Shown piece by piece: positions 37,931 to 48,140 of a stretch of DNA of 64,000 bases. The stretch comes from a virus. The stretch is taken from IMG/VR virus record IMGVR_UViG_3300028867_000005, positions 1 to 64,000 of that record, one strand, 5' to 3'. A model generated the notes under the pieces. The model was not told the origin of the DNA and did no database searches. It was given only the letters and a program-made list of their open reading frames with translations. The stretch's first letter is position 1, and each line of letters starts with the position of its first letter. Both the position numbers and the translations under genes were made by a program.

Positions 37931-38271
37931 TGGCTACTGAAGAGGAATTTATCCCGCCATCGAAGTTTGCCTTCTCCACGTTGCAGCTGCTGATGGAGCA
38001 GCCGGCCCGGTACCGGAATTACGGCGTGTACTGGTTCTTTGTGAAAGCGCTGCTCAAGGAGTTCTACACGAAAGAAAATCTGTACCTGCTGGGCGATTAC
38101 ATGAATCCGGCGGTGATCGCCATGATGCCGGAGCACAAAAACCTGCAGGAGGCCCTGCGCGCCACCATGGAAACCTATAACAATAACGCCACATGGAACA
38201 TGAACAGCCCATCAGTGACGGCACCCGATGGCGAGCAAATCACGCTCTATGACGAGGATGTTGGGCTGTAG
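37930..38271 (+). CDS. Small protein coupled to the DarB-like gene
   Basis: 113 aa; TAATG overlap; GAGG SD. Confidence 0.7.
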   Translation: MATEEEFIPPSKFAFSTLQLLMEQPARYRNYGVYWFFVKALLKEFYTKENLYLLGDYMNPAVIAMMPEHKNLQEALRATMETYNNNATWNMNSPSVTAPDGEQITLYDEDVGL

Positions 38272-38278
38272 CTGCGTA

Positions 38279-38291
38279 GTGACAGCACAAT
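38279..38291 (+). promoter_or_regulatory. Putative late promoter
   Basis: GTGAC-AG-CACAAT in the intergenic gap. Confidence 0.55.
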
Positions 38292-38331
38292 AAGCTGGCC
38301 GGCCCCTGGGGCTACCTCTCTCCAGCCCATC

Positions 38332-41300
38332 ATGGATGAAGCAGGGGCCGGACTGATTCCATACAGCGGACCGCGCATGATTATTGCCCTTTTTAAATAC
38401 GCTATTCTCCCGGAGGCGATGGCTAAGGCCATGTCGCTGCCGGCTGGTGCCCGCTGGATAACCGTTCATCCAAACGGCAAGGAAGAAAAGGGCGTCCCGG
38501 TCATGATCCAGGAAACCGCCAGCGGTTCCGGCGTCTACCATGTGATCGGTGGCGCTGGGGGCAAGCTGAACTATCTGAAACTGCGCGGCGTTAAGTCCGA
38601 AAAGGACTATCAGCAGGACGTAGCACAGAAACAGCGTGATCGTCGTGAGGCTCAGCGCGAGCAGACCAAAAAGGACCGCGAGCAAGGTATCGCTCCAGCC
38701 AAGCAGGCCGCCAAGGAAGCTATCGACTTCCAGCATAAGCAGCAGCAGCAGAAGTTCATCAATACGGTGGCTGAGGCTGTTGGCTGGAAGCCCGAAGAGT
38801 TGACATTCAAAGAGGATGAGCACCCTGGGCTGTCTGACGCAGCGCTGGCGAAGGCCCGCGACATGCACCACCGTGCGCTGGTGGAAAAAGCCAATTCTAT
38901 TGTGGATAGCCAGCGCCAGGCCCTGCTGGCAGATGCTGAGACACGCGAGGAAGCTGGCCTTGGTGGTGTGCCGCTCGAGTCAACCTCTCCTGACAAAATA
39001 TCGGTTGCCGACCTGGACCCCGTGCGCACTGAGGATAAAGGGTTTGGTTTTGCCACGAACTACGGCGAGCGCGCAGAGGCGCAAGGCCTGTCCCCAGAAC
39101 ACCTGAAGGCAGAGGCGCAGCAGTTGCGCGAGGATAAGCTCGCCACCATGACTGCGCCCCAGCGCAAGGCCGCCATCCAGCGGGGCGAAACCGCCAAAAT
39201 GGTCAAGGAAGAGTTGCAGGGCCTGCGCCCGGATATCCCTGATGTAAAGGAACCCCTGGTGGACGCCAAAAAGGCCGTGGAGTTGCTGAAGGCACAGAAA
39301 GCGCTCCAGCAGGTGGCGCGCAAGGCTCAGCAGGCCAAAAAGGAGCTCAAGACGGCCACTGAGGTAAAGGCCTACGTGCTGGAGGTTGGCGCTGAGCCGG
39401 ATGAGGCGGCACTCAATGAAGACCTGATGAATGACTTGCGCACAATCAAGACCAGGGCGTTTTTATCTGAAATAGGCCGCACCGGCGCAGACCCGGAGGC
39501 GGTGCTCGGGAAGCATCTGGGTATTGGTGCCTTCAACTCCGTGAATGCGCTGGCGCTGGCCGCCGGTGGCGATGCACTGGTCGACCGGAGCGTGGTCGAC
39601 GTGCTTGGTGTGGCGGGCGCCGCCCAGGTACTGGCGCGTCGGCTGAAAACCGATCTTTCCCCGGATGAATACGAAAAGGTCACGGATGGTATGCAGGCCT
39701 TCCACCTGCACCATTACCTGTCGGCCACGGACGATGCCCTGAAAGAAGCGCGCGATCTCCAGGACGAGGCCAAGGATATCGTGCTTGGCGCAGCCGCCAC
39801 CGGCGACGACTTTGCCGCAGCGCAGGAACTGAACCGGCGCAAGGGGGAGGCACTGCGCACAGCGAATGCCATTCTTGGCCGTACCTTGGGTGAAATGGAG
39901 GCGAATGCTGCGCTGGTCGTTGCGCTCAAGCAGGGCGCCAAGAATCAGGTGCAGGTGCCGCTCGGCACCCTATCCCCGGAGGCTGCCATCAAGCAGGTGC
40001 GGGCTATCGGGCTCCAGCGGGGAGACTACACTCTGACAGCCGTTGGCAATGAGCGCTTCCTGACCGTCAATGGCGAGGGCATGGACCGGCTGGCAAAGCC
40101 AGTTGACCGTGCCAGCTTGCAGCAGGTGCGCAGGAACCTGAGCATCATGAAAGGGGCGCTGGATGAGGATGACTGGTTACCCAAAGGCTTTGCCTCTCGG
40201 CCTGACCTGGCGATGAGCGTCAAACCAGGTACTGCGCCAACGCTGGCCAAGCCGTTCGATGCCGCCGGGCCCGACCTGGAGCAGTCCCTGCAGGACTATA
40301 TTGGTGGCCGGGCAGCTGATGGCGACCTGCCATCGGCCATTCTCGCCGATGTGCAGTCAGCTGACTTCTTCCAGCGGGTGGGGCCGGAGCGGGCTGAGCA
40401 GTACCGTCAGGCGCTGGACGCCATCGCTCCGCTCAAGGATGCCGAGGGAAAACAGCAGACGGCCGAGTCGCTGGCTCCAGCTTTCGATAAGATGGCAGAC
40501 GCCTTTGTCGATAAGCATTACGGCAGCGCGCGCTCCCCGCTCAACAAGCAGCGCATCAACGTCGACCAGACATCGGTGGAAGCCCTGCACCGGGCGCTGG
40601 CGGCTGAGCCTGCCGGCGTTCCAGCCTATAAAGAGGTTGGCGAACTCACTCCGCAGGACCAGGGTGCGCTGCGTGACTTCTTCTATTCCCATGTCGCCAA
40701 AGAGGAACCGGGCGCCGCCGCCGCGCGCAAAGAGCTGGAGACACATGCTGCGGATGAGCCCGAAAAGGAAACCGTCGACATGTTTGGCGACAGCGCCATA
40801 AACCCTGACTGGCAAACCTGGAGCCAGCGCGGCGACGAGCTCAAGGCGCAGGCTGATGCCGGCCTGAACTGGTCGAAGTATGTGCAGGGTATGCGCAGTC
40901 CTGAGCACGCCTATTCCGCCATTCAAGACCTGGTGCGCTCCAAGATTGGCAAGGGCTTTGCTGATGCGCACAACCGCCTGCGCCCTGAGTCGCCTATAAA
41001 ACTGGGCAAGACCACGGTGCGGAATAACCGGGCCCACCTTGATACGGTAGATCCGGCCGCGCTTGAGGCGCGTATGCAGAAAGAGCGGGAGCTCGTTGAT
41101 ACCCTGCGTGAGCGTAACCAGGAACGGTATGCCGCCGGCTCCGTCGCCGACAAGCTGGACGCGGCCCGCGAGGAACAGGCTGCCTTCGAGCAGAGCCAGA
41201 TGGGTTTCTTCTCCAGTGAACCGCTGGCCGCGCAGGATGGCGGCTCCCCGGCAGATACCCCGCTGGGTGCCGATGAGCGCCACACACTAGGGCATGAGGC

Positions 41301-42939
41301 TGAGCGCCAGATTGCCGGCATGATGAGTGTGGTGGGCAAGAACTTCAAGCCAGGCCAGCCGGTCAAGCTGTGGCAGCCCACCATGAGCGGCGAGGGCGCC
41401 CCGCGCCAGCGCGCCATCAAGCTGCTGGCCGAGAATAAGCGGCTGGCTCTGGCCTTCGGGGTAGGTAGTGGTAAGACGGCAATCGGACTGGGGGCTTTCT
41501 CGCACCTGCACGAAACAGGGAAAGTGAAGCGAGGTATGTACCTTGTGCCAGCCATCGTGCAGGGGCAGTTCAGTTCTGAGGCCCTGCGTTTCCTGGAGCC
41601 TGGAAAGTTCAACTGGCACGCGCAGCCAGGCGCCAGCCGCTCCGAGCGCATTGCTGCCTACAAAAACCCGGAACACCATTTTACGGTGATGACACACCAG
41701 TCCTTCCGTGACGACATGCTGCACCTGGGCGCAAAGCATGCTGGCGTCACTGAGGGCGACATGCGCGACAAGCTGGCCGGCATGAGCAAGGCCGAGCGCA
41801 AGGACTGGATGCATGGAGTCATGGCCAAGGAAGGCATCAACTACGACTACCTGATGGTGGACGAAGGGCACGACCTACTGAACCGGGCCGGCAAGGAAAA
41901 CTCCGGCATGGCCAATGTGGTCGATTCACTGTCCGACAACACGCCTTACTACGTGAACGCATCCGGCGACCCGGTAAAAAATGACCCCAGCGAGGCCTTT
42001 GATGTGCTGGCCAAGATGGACCCGGCCAGGTATACCGACCGTGAGGCATTCATGCGCCGGTATGGCGCCGACACACTGGCGTCAAAGGATGAACTGCGCC
42101 GTGAAATGGCCCGGTACGTCTACCCCCAAAAGATTGATTCCGGCGTTCAGTCCCATGCCAGCGAGGTAAAAGTGGCGCTGACCGATGCCCAGCACCAGGC
42201 TCTGGCTGAAATGGATAGCAACATCGGCAAGGCCCGGCTGGCGCGCATGGCCGGCAAAGTGGATGTTGACGCCATGAAGGCGATATCGCCAAAGGCATTT
42301 GGGGGTGTACCGGATGACCAGCACGAAGCGCTGGCCCGCGACCTGCAAGCATCTATCGGTATCGTCAAGGACATGGCCATCCGCCGCATCATCAATGACC
42401 ACCCGCAGGGCGCCAAGCTGGAGGCCGTAAGCCAGTACGCCACCCAGCGCAAGGGCAAGCCCGGTGTCGTGTTCGCGCACTCGCGCGCGGCCGTCGAGCA
42501 GATCAAGCAGCGCCTGGAGGCCGATGGCCACCGGGTAGTGTCGATCACCGGCAGCGACACGGCGGCCGAGAAAGAGCGCAAGCGCTTGATGTTCAACCCG
42601 GAGAGCGGCGAAGCCCAGGCTGATATCCTGGTTGCCAGCGATGCTGCCGCCACAGGCATGAATGTGCAGCGTGGGCAGTGGCTGTGGCAGCACGATACTC
42701 CGCAGACCGCCAAAACCCACGCGCAGCGCCGCGGCCGTATCGACCGTGTTGGCCAGAAAAACGAGGTGGAGCTCGCTGACGCCATTGCCGACCATCCGCT
42801 CGAGCAGAAGGACCGCACCCGGCTCTCCACGAAGTACGGCCTGCGCGACATGATGACTTCGCCGCTCGATGGTATCGACGATACCGGGCTGGCATATTTC
42901 CTTCAGCAGCAGCACCAGCAGCAGGGAGCATTACTATGA
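38332..42939 (+). CDS. Large SNF2/SF2 helicase-domain protein (start may be ATG 38377, MIIALFK)
   Basis: GVGSGKT, DEGH and QRRGRIDRVGQ; long helical N-terminus beginning ARWITVHPNG. Confidence 0.85.
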   Translation: MDEAGAGLIPYSGPRMIIALFKYAILPEAMAKAMSLPAGARWITVHPNGKEEKGVPVMIQETASGSGVYHVIGGAGGKLNYLKLRGVKSEKDYQQDVAQKQRDRREAQREQTKKDREQGIAPAKQAAKEAIDFQHKQQQQKFINTVAEAVGWKPEELTFKEDEHPGLSDAALAKARDMHHRALVEKANSIVDSQRQALLADAETREEAGLGGVPLESTSPDKISVADLDPVRTEDKGFGFATNYGERAEAQGLSPEHLKAEAQQLREDKLATMTAPQRKAAIQRGETAKMVKEELQGLRPDIPDVKEPLVDAKKAVELLKAQKALQQVARKAQQAKKELKTATEVKAYVLEVGAEPDEAALNEDLMNDLRTIKTRAFLSEIGRTGADPEAVLGKHLGIGAFNSVNALALAAGGDALVDRSVVDVLGVAGAAQVLARRLKTDLSPDEYEKVTDGMQAFHLHHYLSATDDALKEARDLQDEAKDIVLGAAATGDDFAAAQELNRRKGEALRTANAILGRTLGEMEANAALVVALKQGAKNQVQVPLGTLSPEAAIKQVRAIGLQRGDYTLTAVGNERFLTVNGEGMDRLAKPVDRASLQQVRRNLSIMKGALDEDDWLPKGFASRPDLAMSVKPGTAPTLAKPFDAAGPDLEQSLQDYIGGRAADGDLPSAILADVQSADFFQRVGPERAEQYRQALDAIAPLKDAEGKQQTAESLAPAFDKMADAFVDKHYGSARSPLNKQRINVDQTSVEALHRALAAEPAGVPAYKEVGELTPQDQGALRDFFYSHVAKEEPGAAAARKELETHAADEPEKETVDMFGDSAINPDWQTWSQRGDELKAQADAGLNWSKYVQGMRSPEHAYSAIQDLVRSKIGKGFADAHNRLRPESPIKLGKTTVRNNRAHLDTVDPAALEARMQKERELVDTLRERNQERYAAGSVADKLDAAREEQAAFEQSQMGFFSSEPLAAQDGGSPADTPLGADERHTLGHEAERQIAGMMSVVGKNFKPGQPVKLWQPTMSGEGAPRQRAIKLLAENKRLALAFGVGSGKTAIGLGAFSHLHETGKVKRGMYLVPAIVQGQFSSEALRFLEPGKFNWHAQPGASRSERIAAYKNPEHHFTVMTHQSFRDDMLHLGAKHAGVTEGDMRDKLAGMSKAERKDWMHGVMAKEGINYDYLMVDEGHDLLNRAGKENSGMANVVDSLSDNTPYYVNASGDPVKNDPSEAFDVLAKMDPARYTDREAFMRRYGADTLASKDELRREMARYVYPQKIDSGVQSHASEVKVALTDAQHQALAEMDSNIGKARLARMAGKVDVDAMKAISPKAFGGVPDDQHEALARDLQASIGIVKDMAIRRIINDHPQGAKLEAVSQYATQRKGKPGVVFAHSRAAVEQIKQRLEADGHRVVSITGSDTAAEKERKRLMFNPESGEAQADILVASDAAATGMNVQRGQWLWQHDTPQTAKTHAQRRGRIDRVGQKNEVELADAIADHPLEQKDRTRLSTKYGLRDMMTSPLDGIDDTGLAYFLQQQHQQQGALL

Positions 42940-43211
42940 ATCACGAAAACATGACCGCAGGCATCCGCGAGCAGATAGGCGCCGTCACCGGGCAGCAGAG
43001 CATGACCCGCAGGACAGGCCAAGCCATCCTGGATGGCGCTACCCAGCGCCTGGCGCAGGTACAAGAGCTGCTGGTGGGGCTGGCGCCTACATCGATCACA
43101 AATGCGGAGCATGGGCTCCAGTACAAGGCGTTGACGCTGGAGAAGGCCCGGCTTCAGTCGGTGATTCAGTCAGCCAAGGCTGATTTGGGGGTAACCGCGC
43201 AGGCTTCGTGA
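42936..43211 (+). CDS. Small helical protein coupled to the helicase gene
   Basis: 91 aa; ATGA overlap; GGAG SD. Confidence 0.65.
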   Translation: MNHENMTAGIREQIGAVTGQQSMTRRTGQAILDGATQRLAQVQELLVGLAPTSITNAEHGLQYKALTLEKARLQSVIQSAKADLGVTAQAS

Positions 43212-43220
43212 CTGCAAAAT
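43208..43220 (+). promoter_or_regulatory. Putative late promoter
   Basis: GTGAC-TG-CAAAAT. Confidence 0.55.
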
Positions 43221-43281
43221 GATGGGATTGGGATAATCATGCCTGCCAGTTTCACGGTAGCCGCCCCGCGACCATCTGGAG

Positions 43282-43614
43282 ATGCCTGTGGATCCGCAAA
43301 TCATCTGCCATAAACGGGGTAGCGCCTTCGTCTTCCAGGCTACCTATTCAGTCAGTAATGTGCCCGTCAACCTGGATGGGTATGTCATTACGTCGCAAAT
43401 CCGTGACTCCGAAGGCAACTTGGTTGCTGATCTGGTAGTCACGATGGCTGATCAGGGGACGGCGCCCGGCCAGTATTCGATCAACTGCGACGACACCACA
43501 GAATGGACTCTGGGGGATCTCCGCTGGGATATCCGCTATTTGTCCGATTCGCGCCCGGTTATCACTGAAACCCTGATAATCCGCCTGGTGCGGCAGGTTA
43601 CTGAAGCGACATGA
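43282..43614 (+). CDS. Ig-like virion protein (BppU-N-like)
   Basis: KRG..F......PVNLDGY.I.SQIR...WDI pattern of small phage beta-sandwich proteins. Confidence 0.6.
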   Translation: MPVDPQIICHKRGSAFVFQATYSVSNVPVNLDGYVITSQIRDSEGNLVADLVVTMADQGTAPGQYSINCDDTTEWTLGDLRWDIRYLSDSRPVITETLIIRLVRQVTEAT

Positions 43615-44171
43615 CCACCACCCTGAAGTCGATTGTTGGAAAGACGACGCTGGCGCCGGCCGATGGTGGGCCAAAGCTTGTGCTTCAGTCCGCAGTGTTC
43701 GGGCCTCGCGGCCTTCCTGGTGTCAGCATTACCAATGTGGTCGTACGCGATGACGAACACCTGATTGTTTCCCTGAGCAATGGCAATCAGATTGACGCAG
43801 GTGTCACCTACACAAACCCCATGCTGCCCAAGCAGCCGTGGAGCATCGGCCCCGATCTTCCCGGCGGCTACGTCAACGGCAACCGCTTTATTCCTGATGG
43901 CGATTTCGACTGGACGCAGCCCGATGCCACTGTGCAGCACGTTTATGCCGGCGACACCTGCGAGGTGCGCATTGATGGCGCCAATGTGTGGCTGGACGTA
44001 ACGTATCCGCCGGCCAGCGTGGATAAGCGCGTAGCCATTGAGGCCGCGCGTGCTGAAGCGGCTGAAGCCGCGCTTGCCGAACAATTAGCCACTGAGGCCG
44101 CGCGTGCTGAAGCGGCTGAAGCCGCGCTTGCCGAACAATCCATTATTAACGCATTGATTTTTGGAGGCTAA
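43611..44171 (+). CDS. Virion-associated protein with C-terminal coiled-coil repeat
   Basis: GPRGLPG segment; EAARAEAAEAALAEQ occurs twice. Confidence 0.6.
   Translation: MTTTLKSIVGKTTLAPADGGPKLVLQSAVFGPRGLPGVSITNVVVRDDEHLIVSLSNGNQIDAGVTYTNPMLPKQPWSIGPDLPGGYVNGNRFIPDGDFDWTQPDATVQHVYAGDTCEVRIDGANVWLDVTYPPASVDKRVAIEAARAEAAEAALAEQLATEAARAEAAEAALAEQSIINALIFGG
44032..44139 (+). repeat. 54-bp tandem duplication (two copies, one mismatch)
   Basis: tagcca(t/c)tgaggccgcgcgtgctgaagcggctgaagccgcgcttgccgaacaat twice. Confidence 0.9.
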
Positions 44172-44176
44172 TCCTG

Positions 44177-47100
44177 ATGAGCAAGACCATGTTGGGGACG
44201 TACCCTTTCAACGCATCTGCCAAGACTGTAGACCTGTCGAGCATCCCGGACTATACCTTTCAACAGTTGCGGCTCATCTACAACCTGACGGTACGGCTCC
44301 CCATTTACGTCAATACCAGCAGCACTTTCACGGGGTCGATGGATGGCGGCTCGCTGGTTTTCGACGCCAGCAATGCTGGAATGCAAAACACAGACGAACT
44401 GGAAATTATCTATGATGACCAGTCGGCACAGCCCGTATCTGTCACGAATCCCCCCGCTGACTATCCCTCGACCGAGACTGTTGCCGCAATTGCAGAGACG
44501 AACACCGCAATTGCCAATTTGCAGACAGTGCTCAGCGAATTTTCTGCTAATCTTGCTGAGGTCACGAAGAATGTTGCCGTCACGTTAAACGGGCGTGCAA
44601 CTACGGGTACTGGCGCCGTGGTATCAACTGACGGGAGTACGGTAACGTGGCCGCTTACCGGCGCATTGCTTAATGCGGTGCAGATGAGTAACACGCTCAT
44701 CACTCCTGACCAGGGGCCAGTATTCATTGCTGTGAGTTGGCCGGCTGGCACGGAGCCGGAGTATGGCGAGTTTCAGTCCGTTCTCGCAGGATTCGTCGCT
44801 GCATATTATGATCCTGATCAAGTTGTCTCTAACGGGCTGTCAGGAGGCGCGCTGCCTTTAGCTACCGCGCAGGGTACTGTTGCTATTAGCCTGCCCCATT
44901 CTGTTGAATTCAATAATGGGTCTGGTAGCACCTACGCAGCTGACTATGACTTCGGTCCCGAGTGGGTCGTATTCATCGGCTACAATCCTGTCAATGGTCA
45001 AGTATTTATCCGTTCAGTGAAAGGCAGCCACATCACGAATGCCGGGCCGTTTAATACTGGTCTAACGGGCCTGCCTGTGCAGGCGTTTATCGGCGTGAGC
45101 ATGTCCAGTTCGACGCCGGCCAATGCCGGGCTACAACTGCTGTCAAATGCCGGGCTTGCCGCTATTGCCGCATCATGGGGCGATTATTACTATGCGTGGC
45201 CAGGTTATACAAATGTAGCTGACCCTGACTTTCAGTTGCTGACCTATGACTATGAAACGCACGATGCGCTTGAGAGCATTGAAACAGCGCTGACAACAGC
45301 AGTATCAAAGCTTTCGACCATCGCCACTAATTTGCCCGCCAAAGGGAGCGCTAATTCGGCCGCATCAATGCCCGTCACTATCGCCACAGATGATGCGCAA
45401 TGGGGTACTGACGGCACCGGCATTACGCAGCCAACCGGCGGCAGTGGGGCACGTGGCTGGTGGAGTGGGATCTACTCACAGGCTCTGGCCATAGTCGCCA
45501 GCCTCGGCGGCGATGGGGCTGGCGAGTCTCCGGCGAACGGTACCGGCGTGCGCGGCTGGTTGCGATCCATTTATGATCGCTTGACGGCTGGCATCGGCCT
45601 CAATGCGGGCACCAATATTATCGGCAAGGTCGGCATTGACCAGACGACTCCGGGCACGACCAATGGCGTTGTCGTCAATAATTCCGCCCTGCCTGCCGGC
45701 GCAGCTACCGATACTTCCGTGCAGGCCATCACAACCAGCCTCGGCACAAAGGCGGACTCGGCTGCATCGACTGACACTGGTACATTCAGCCTGATAGCCC
45801 TCACAAAGCGGCTGCTGACAAAAATTCCCGTGCTTGGCGCAGCAGCCACAGCCAGCAGTATGCCGACTACAGTCGCTACTGACGATGCGCAATGGGGTAC
45901 TGACGGCACCGGCATTACGCAGCCTGCCGGCGGCAGTGGGGCACGTGGCTGGTGGAGTGGGATCTACTCACAGGCTCTGGCCATAGTCGCCAGCCTCGGC
46001 GGCGATGGGGCTGGCGAGTCTCCGGCGAACGGTACCGGCGTGCGCGGCTGGTTGCGATCCATTTATGATCGCTTGACGGCTGGCATCGGCCTCAATGCGG
46101 GCACCAATATTATCGGCAAGGTCGGCATTGACCAGACGACTCCGGGCACGACCAATGGCGTTGTCGTCAATAATTCCGCCCTGCCTGCCGGCGCAGCTAC
46201 CGATACTTCCGTGCAGGCCATCACAACCAGCCTCGGCACAAAGGCGGACTCGGCTGCATCGACTGACACTGGTACATTCAGCCTGATAGCCCTCACAAAG
46301 CGGCTGCTGACAAAAATTCCCGTGCTTGGCGCAGCAGCCACAGCCAGCAGTATGCCGACTACAGTCGCTACTGACGATGCGCAATGGGGTACTGACGGCA
46401 CCGGCATTACGCAGCCTGCCGGCGGCACCGGCATCCGGGGGTGGCTGAGCGGGATTTTTAACCTGCAAAACAGCACTGTCAGCGGCGGCCGAGTGCAGAC
46501 ACGCGCACTCACAGCGGCTACCGACACCGTGACTATTGTGGCTTCAGACACGACGCCCAGCACCCAGACCATTACAGCGGCCGATGCTGCAACAACATCC
46601 GCCACAGGACAGGGCAGCCAAATCATCTACACCGGCACACCGACAGCAAACAGCGTCGCGCAGTTCACGCTGGCTGGCCAGCAGACGGTCGGCCTTCAGC
46701 TTACAGGGGTCGTCGCAGGTAATCTGTACCAGGTCGAAGTCAGTATTGATGGCACCAACTGGTATCTACGCACGCTAACCCTAAGCGCCATAACCTGGGC
46801 CAACATTTCCGCGAATTGCCTGGGATCGGTCAATGTCGCCGGTATGAAATATCTGCGCGTCCGGTGCACGACGTATGTCAGCGGGACGGCAACCGTGGCA
46901 CTGACAGAAAGCCTGAATGAAAGCAATATTACGGTCAGCGCACCGGCAGACATCGTCTATCCGACAGCATCAATCACCGCTACCGGGTTTTATTTGTTTC
47001 CTGTTCCGCAGGGCTATCAGTCCGCGCAGTTTTCTATCTATGGCACTTTCTCTGCCACGATGACATTCGTCGGGACTGTAGATAGTGCTGGCGTCACTGC

Positions 47101-47827
47101 GTTTTCAGCGGGGGCCATCCTCACCAATGCGGTGTCCTCGACGGGGGGAACGAGCAGCACGACCGGCGCCGGCAACTTTGAGCTTGCTATTCCAGTTGGG
47201 TCGAAGTATGTCGGCGTGCTCGTTACTGCATACGCCTCTGGCACTGTCAGTCTCAGTGTTTCTTTGAGCACGAGAGCCGCTCGCGTGTATTCCACAGGCA
47301 GTTCTGTCAGCGTGACTTCCGCTACTGGCGGCATCCTCGGCCTGACAGGCACCGCCTCGGACGGCATGTCCATCAGCACGTCCGCCCTGAATGTTGCGCA
47401 GCAGATGAGCTACAACGGGTCGAATTATGACCGCCTGCGCAACAACACCAGCGGCACGATTACCGCGAGTGGTGCGATCACGTCGTCGGCCGGCTCAACC
47501 GCGCAGACCAATTACAATGCCAAGGGCGTCATTGTCACTCTGAACATCACCGCGTATTCCGGCACGTCGCCCACGATTACCCTGCAGTTGCAGACGCAAG
47601 ACGCGGCCGGCAACTGGGTCAACATCCCTGGCGCGGCTACCGCGACTATCTCAGCAGCCAATGGCAGCTACGTGCTGGTCCTTTATCCAGGCATCGCCGC
47701 CTATTCCACCTCGCCGGGGTGGGCTGTAAGCGGGGCCTTGCCGCGCAACTGGCGTGTGTACAGCACGATTGGAGGCAGCGGTTCTCCGTCGATAACCTGC
47801 TCGCTTGGTTACAACTACATTCTGTGA
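44177..47827 (+). CDS. Fibre/adhesin-like virion protein (1216 aa, Thr/Gly/Ala/Ser-rich)
   Basis: Beta-rich composition, internal 164-aa duplication, C-terminal jelly-roll-like modules. Confidence 0.65.
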   Translation: MSKTMLGTYPFNASAKTVDLSSIPDYTFQQLRLIYNLTVRLPIYVNTSSTFTGSMDGGSLVFDASNAGMQNTDELEIIYDDQSAQPVSVTNPPADYPSTETVAAIAETNTAIANLQTVLSEFSANLAEVTKNVAVTLNGRATTGTGAVVSTDGSTVTWPLTGALLNAVQMSNTLITPDQGPVFIAVSWPAGTEPEYGEFQSVLAGFVAAYYDPDQVVSNGLSGGALPLATAQGTVAISLPHSVEFNNGSGSTYAADYDFGPEWVVFIGYNPVNGQVFIRSVKGSHITNAGPFNTGLTGLPVQAFIGVSMSSSTPANAGLQLLSNAGLAAIAASWGDYYYAWPGYTNVADPDFQLLTYDYETHDALESIETALTTAVSKLSTIATNLPAKGSANSAASMPVTIATDDAQWGTDGTGITQPTGGSGARGWWSGIYSQALAIVASLGGDGAGESPANGTGVRGWLRSIYDRLTAGIGLNAGTNIIGKVGIDQTTPGTTNGVVVNNSALPAGAATDTSVQAITTSLGTKADSAASTDTGTFSLIALTKRLLTKIPVLGAAATASSMPTTVATDDAQWGTDGTGITQPAGGSGARGWWSGIYSQALAIVASLGGDGAGESPANGTGVRGWLRSIYDRLTAGIGLNAGTNIIGKVGIDQTTPGTTNGVVVNNSALPAGAATDTSVQAITTSLGTKADSAASTDTGTFSLIALTKRLLTKIPVLGAAATASSMPTTVATDDAQWGTDGTGITQPAGGTGIRGWLSGIFNLQNSTVSGGRVQTRALTAATDTVTIVASDTTPSTQTITAADAATTSATGQGSQIIYTGTPTANSVAQFTLAGQQTVGLQLTGVVAGNLYQVEVSIDGTNWYLRTLTLSAITWANISANCLGSVNVAGMKYLRVRCTTYVSGTATVALTESLNESNITVSAPADIVYPTASITATGFYLFPVPQGYQSAQFSIYGTFSATMTFVGTVDSAGVTAFSAGAILTNAVSSTGGTSSTTGAGNFELAIPVGSKYVGVLVTAYASGTVSLSVSLSTRAARVYSTGSSVSVTSATGGILGLTGTASDGMSISTSALNVAQQMSYNGSNYDRLRNNTSGTITASGAITSSAGSTAQTNYNAKGVIVTLNITAYSGTSPTITLQLQTQDAAGNWVNIPGAATATISAANGSYVLVLYPGIAAYSTSPGWAVSGALPRNWRVYSTIGGSGSPSITCSLGYNYIL
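45392..46427 (+). repeat. 492-bp near-perfect tandem duplication (about 2.1 copies) within the fibre gene
   Basis: Unit starts at 45392, 45884 and 46376; in frame (164 codons). Confidence 0.95.
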
Positions 47828-47834
47828 GGCCTAC

Positions 47835-48041
47835 ATGATCCTGACCGCCGTTTGTCAGTTTACGTACACCGACCCTGTGTCCGGCGACACCCAGCAAATC
47901 GCGCAGGGGCAGCAAATTGCGGACGACACAATGACCACGAATATCGTCGCGAATTACGTCAATGTGGCAGACCCGAATAATCCCGGATCGACAATCCAGA
48001 TCGACAACGTGATGCGCACCTACGTCGTTGTCAGCGGTTAA
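47835..48041 (+). CDS. Small protein following the fibre gene
   Basis: GAGG SD; MILTAVCQFTYTDP. Confidence 0.55.
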   Translation: MILTAVCQFTYTDPVSGDTQQIAQGQQIADDTMTTNIVANYVNVADPNNPGSTIQIDNVMRTYVVVSG

Positions 48042-48101
48042 ATTTTTGGCGTAGCGTGGGCAGCCTGAACGAGATGTCCACCTGATTCCTTTAAACCTTT
48101 C

Positions 48102-48114
48102 GGGACTCCAGAAT
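48102..48114 (+). promoter_or_regulatory. Putative late promoter (protease-scaffold-capsid operon)
   Basis: GGGAC-TC-CAGAAT. Confidence 0.55.
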
Positions 48115-48140
48115 AGGCCTATCACGGATGTAGGCCTCCT

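Noticed and set aside
45392-46427. Diversity-generating retroelement TR/VR pair
   Set aside because: The copies are tandem, in frame and essentially identical, with no adenine-specific variation and no reverse transcriptase in the window
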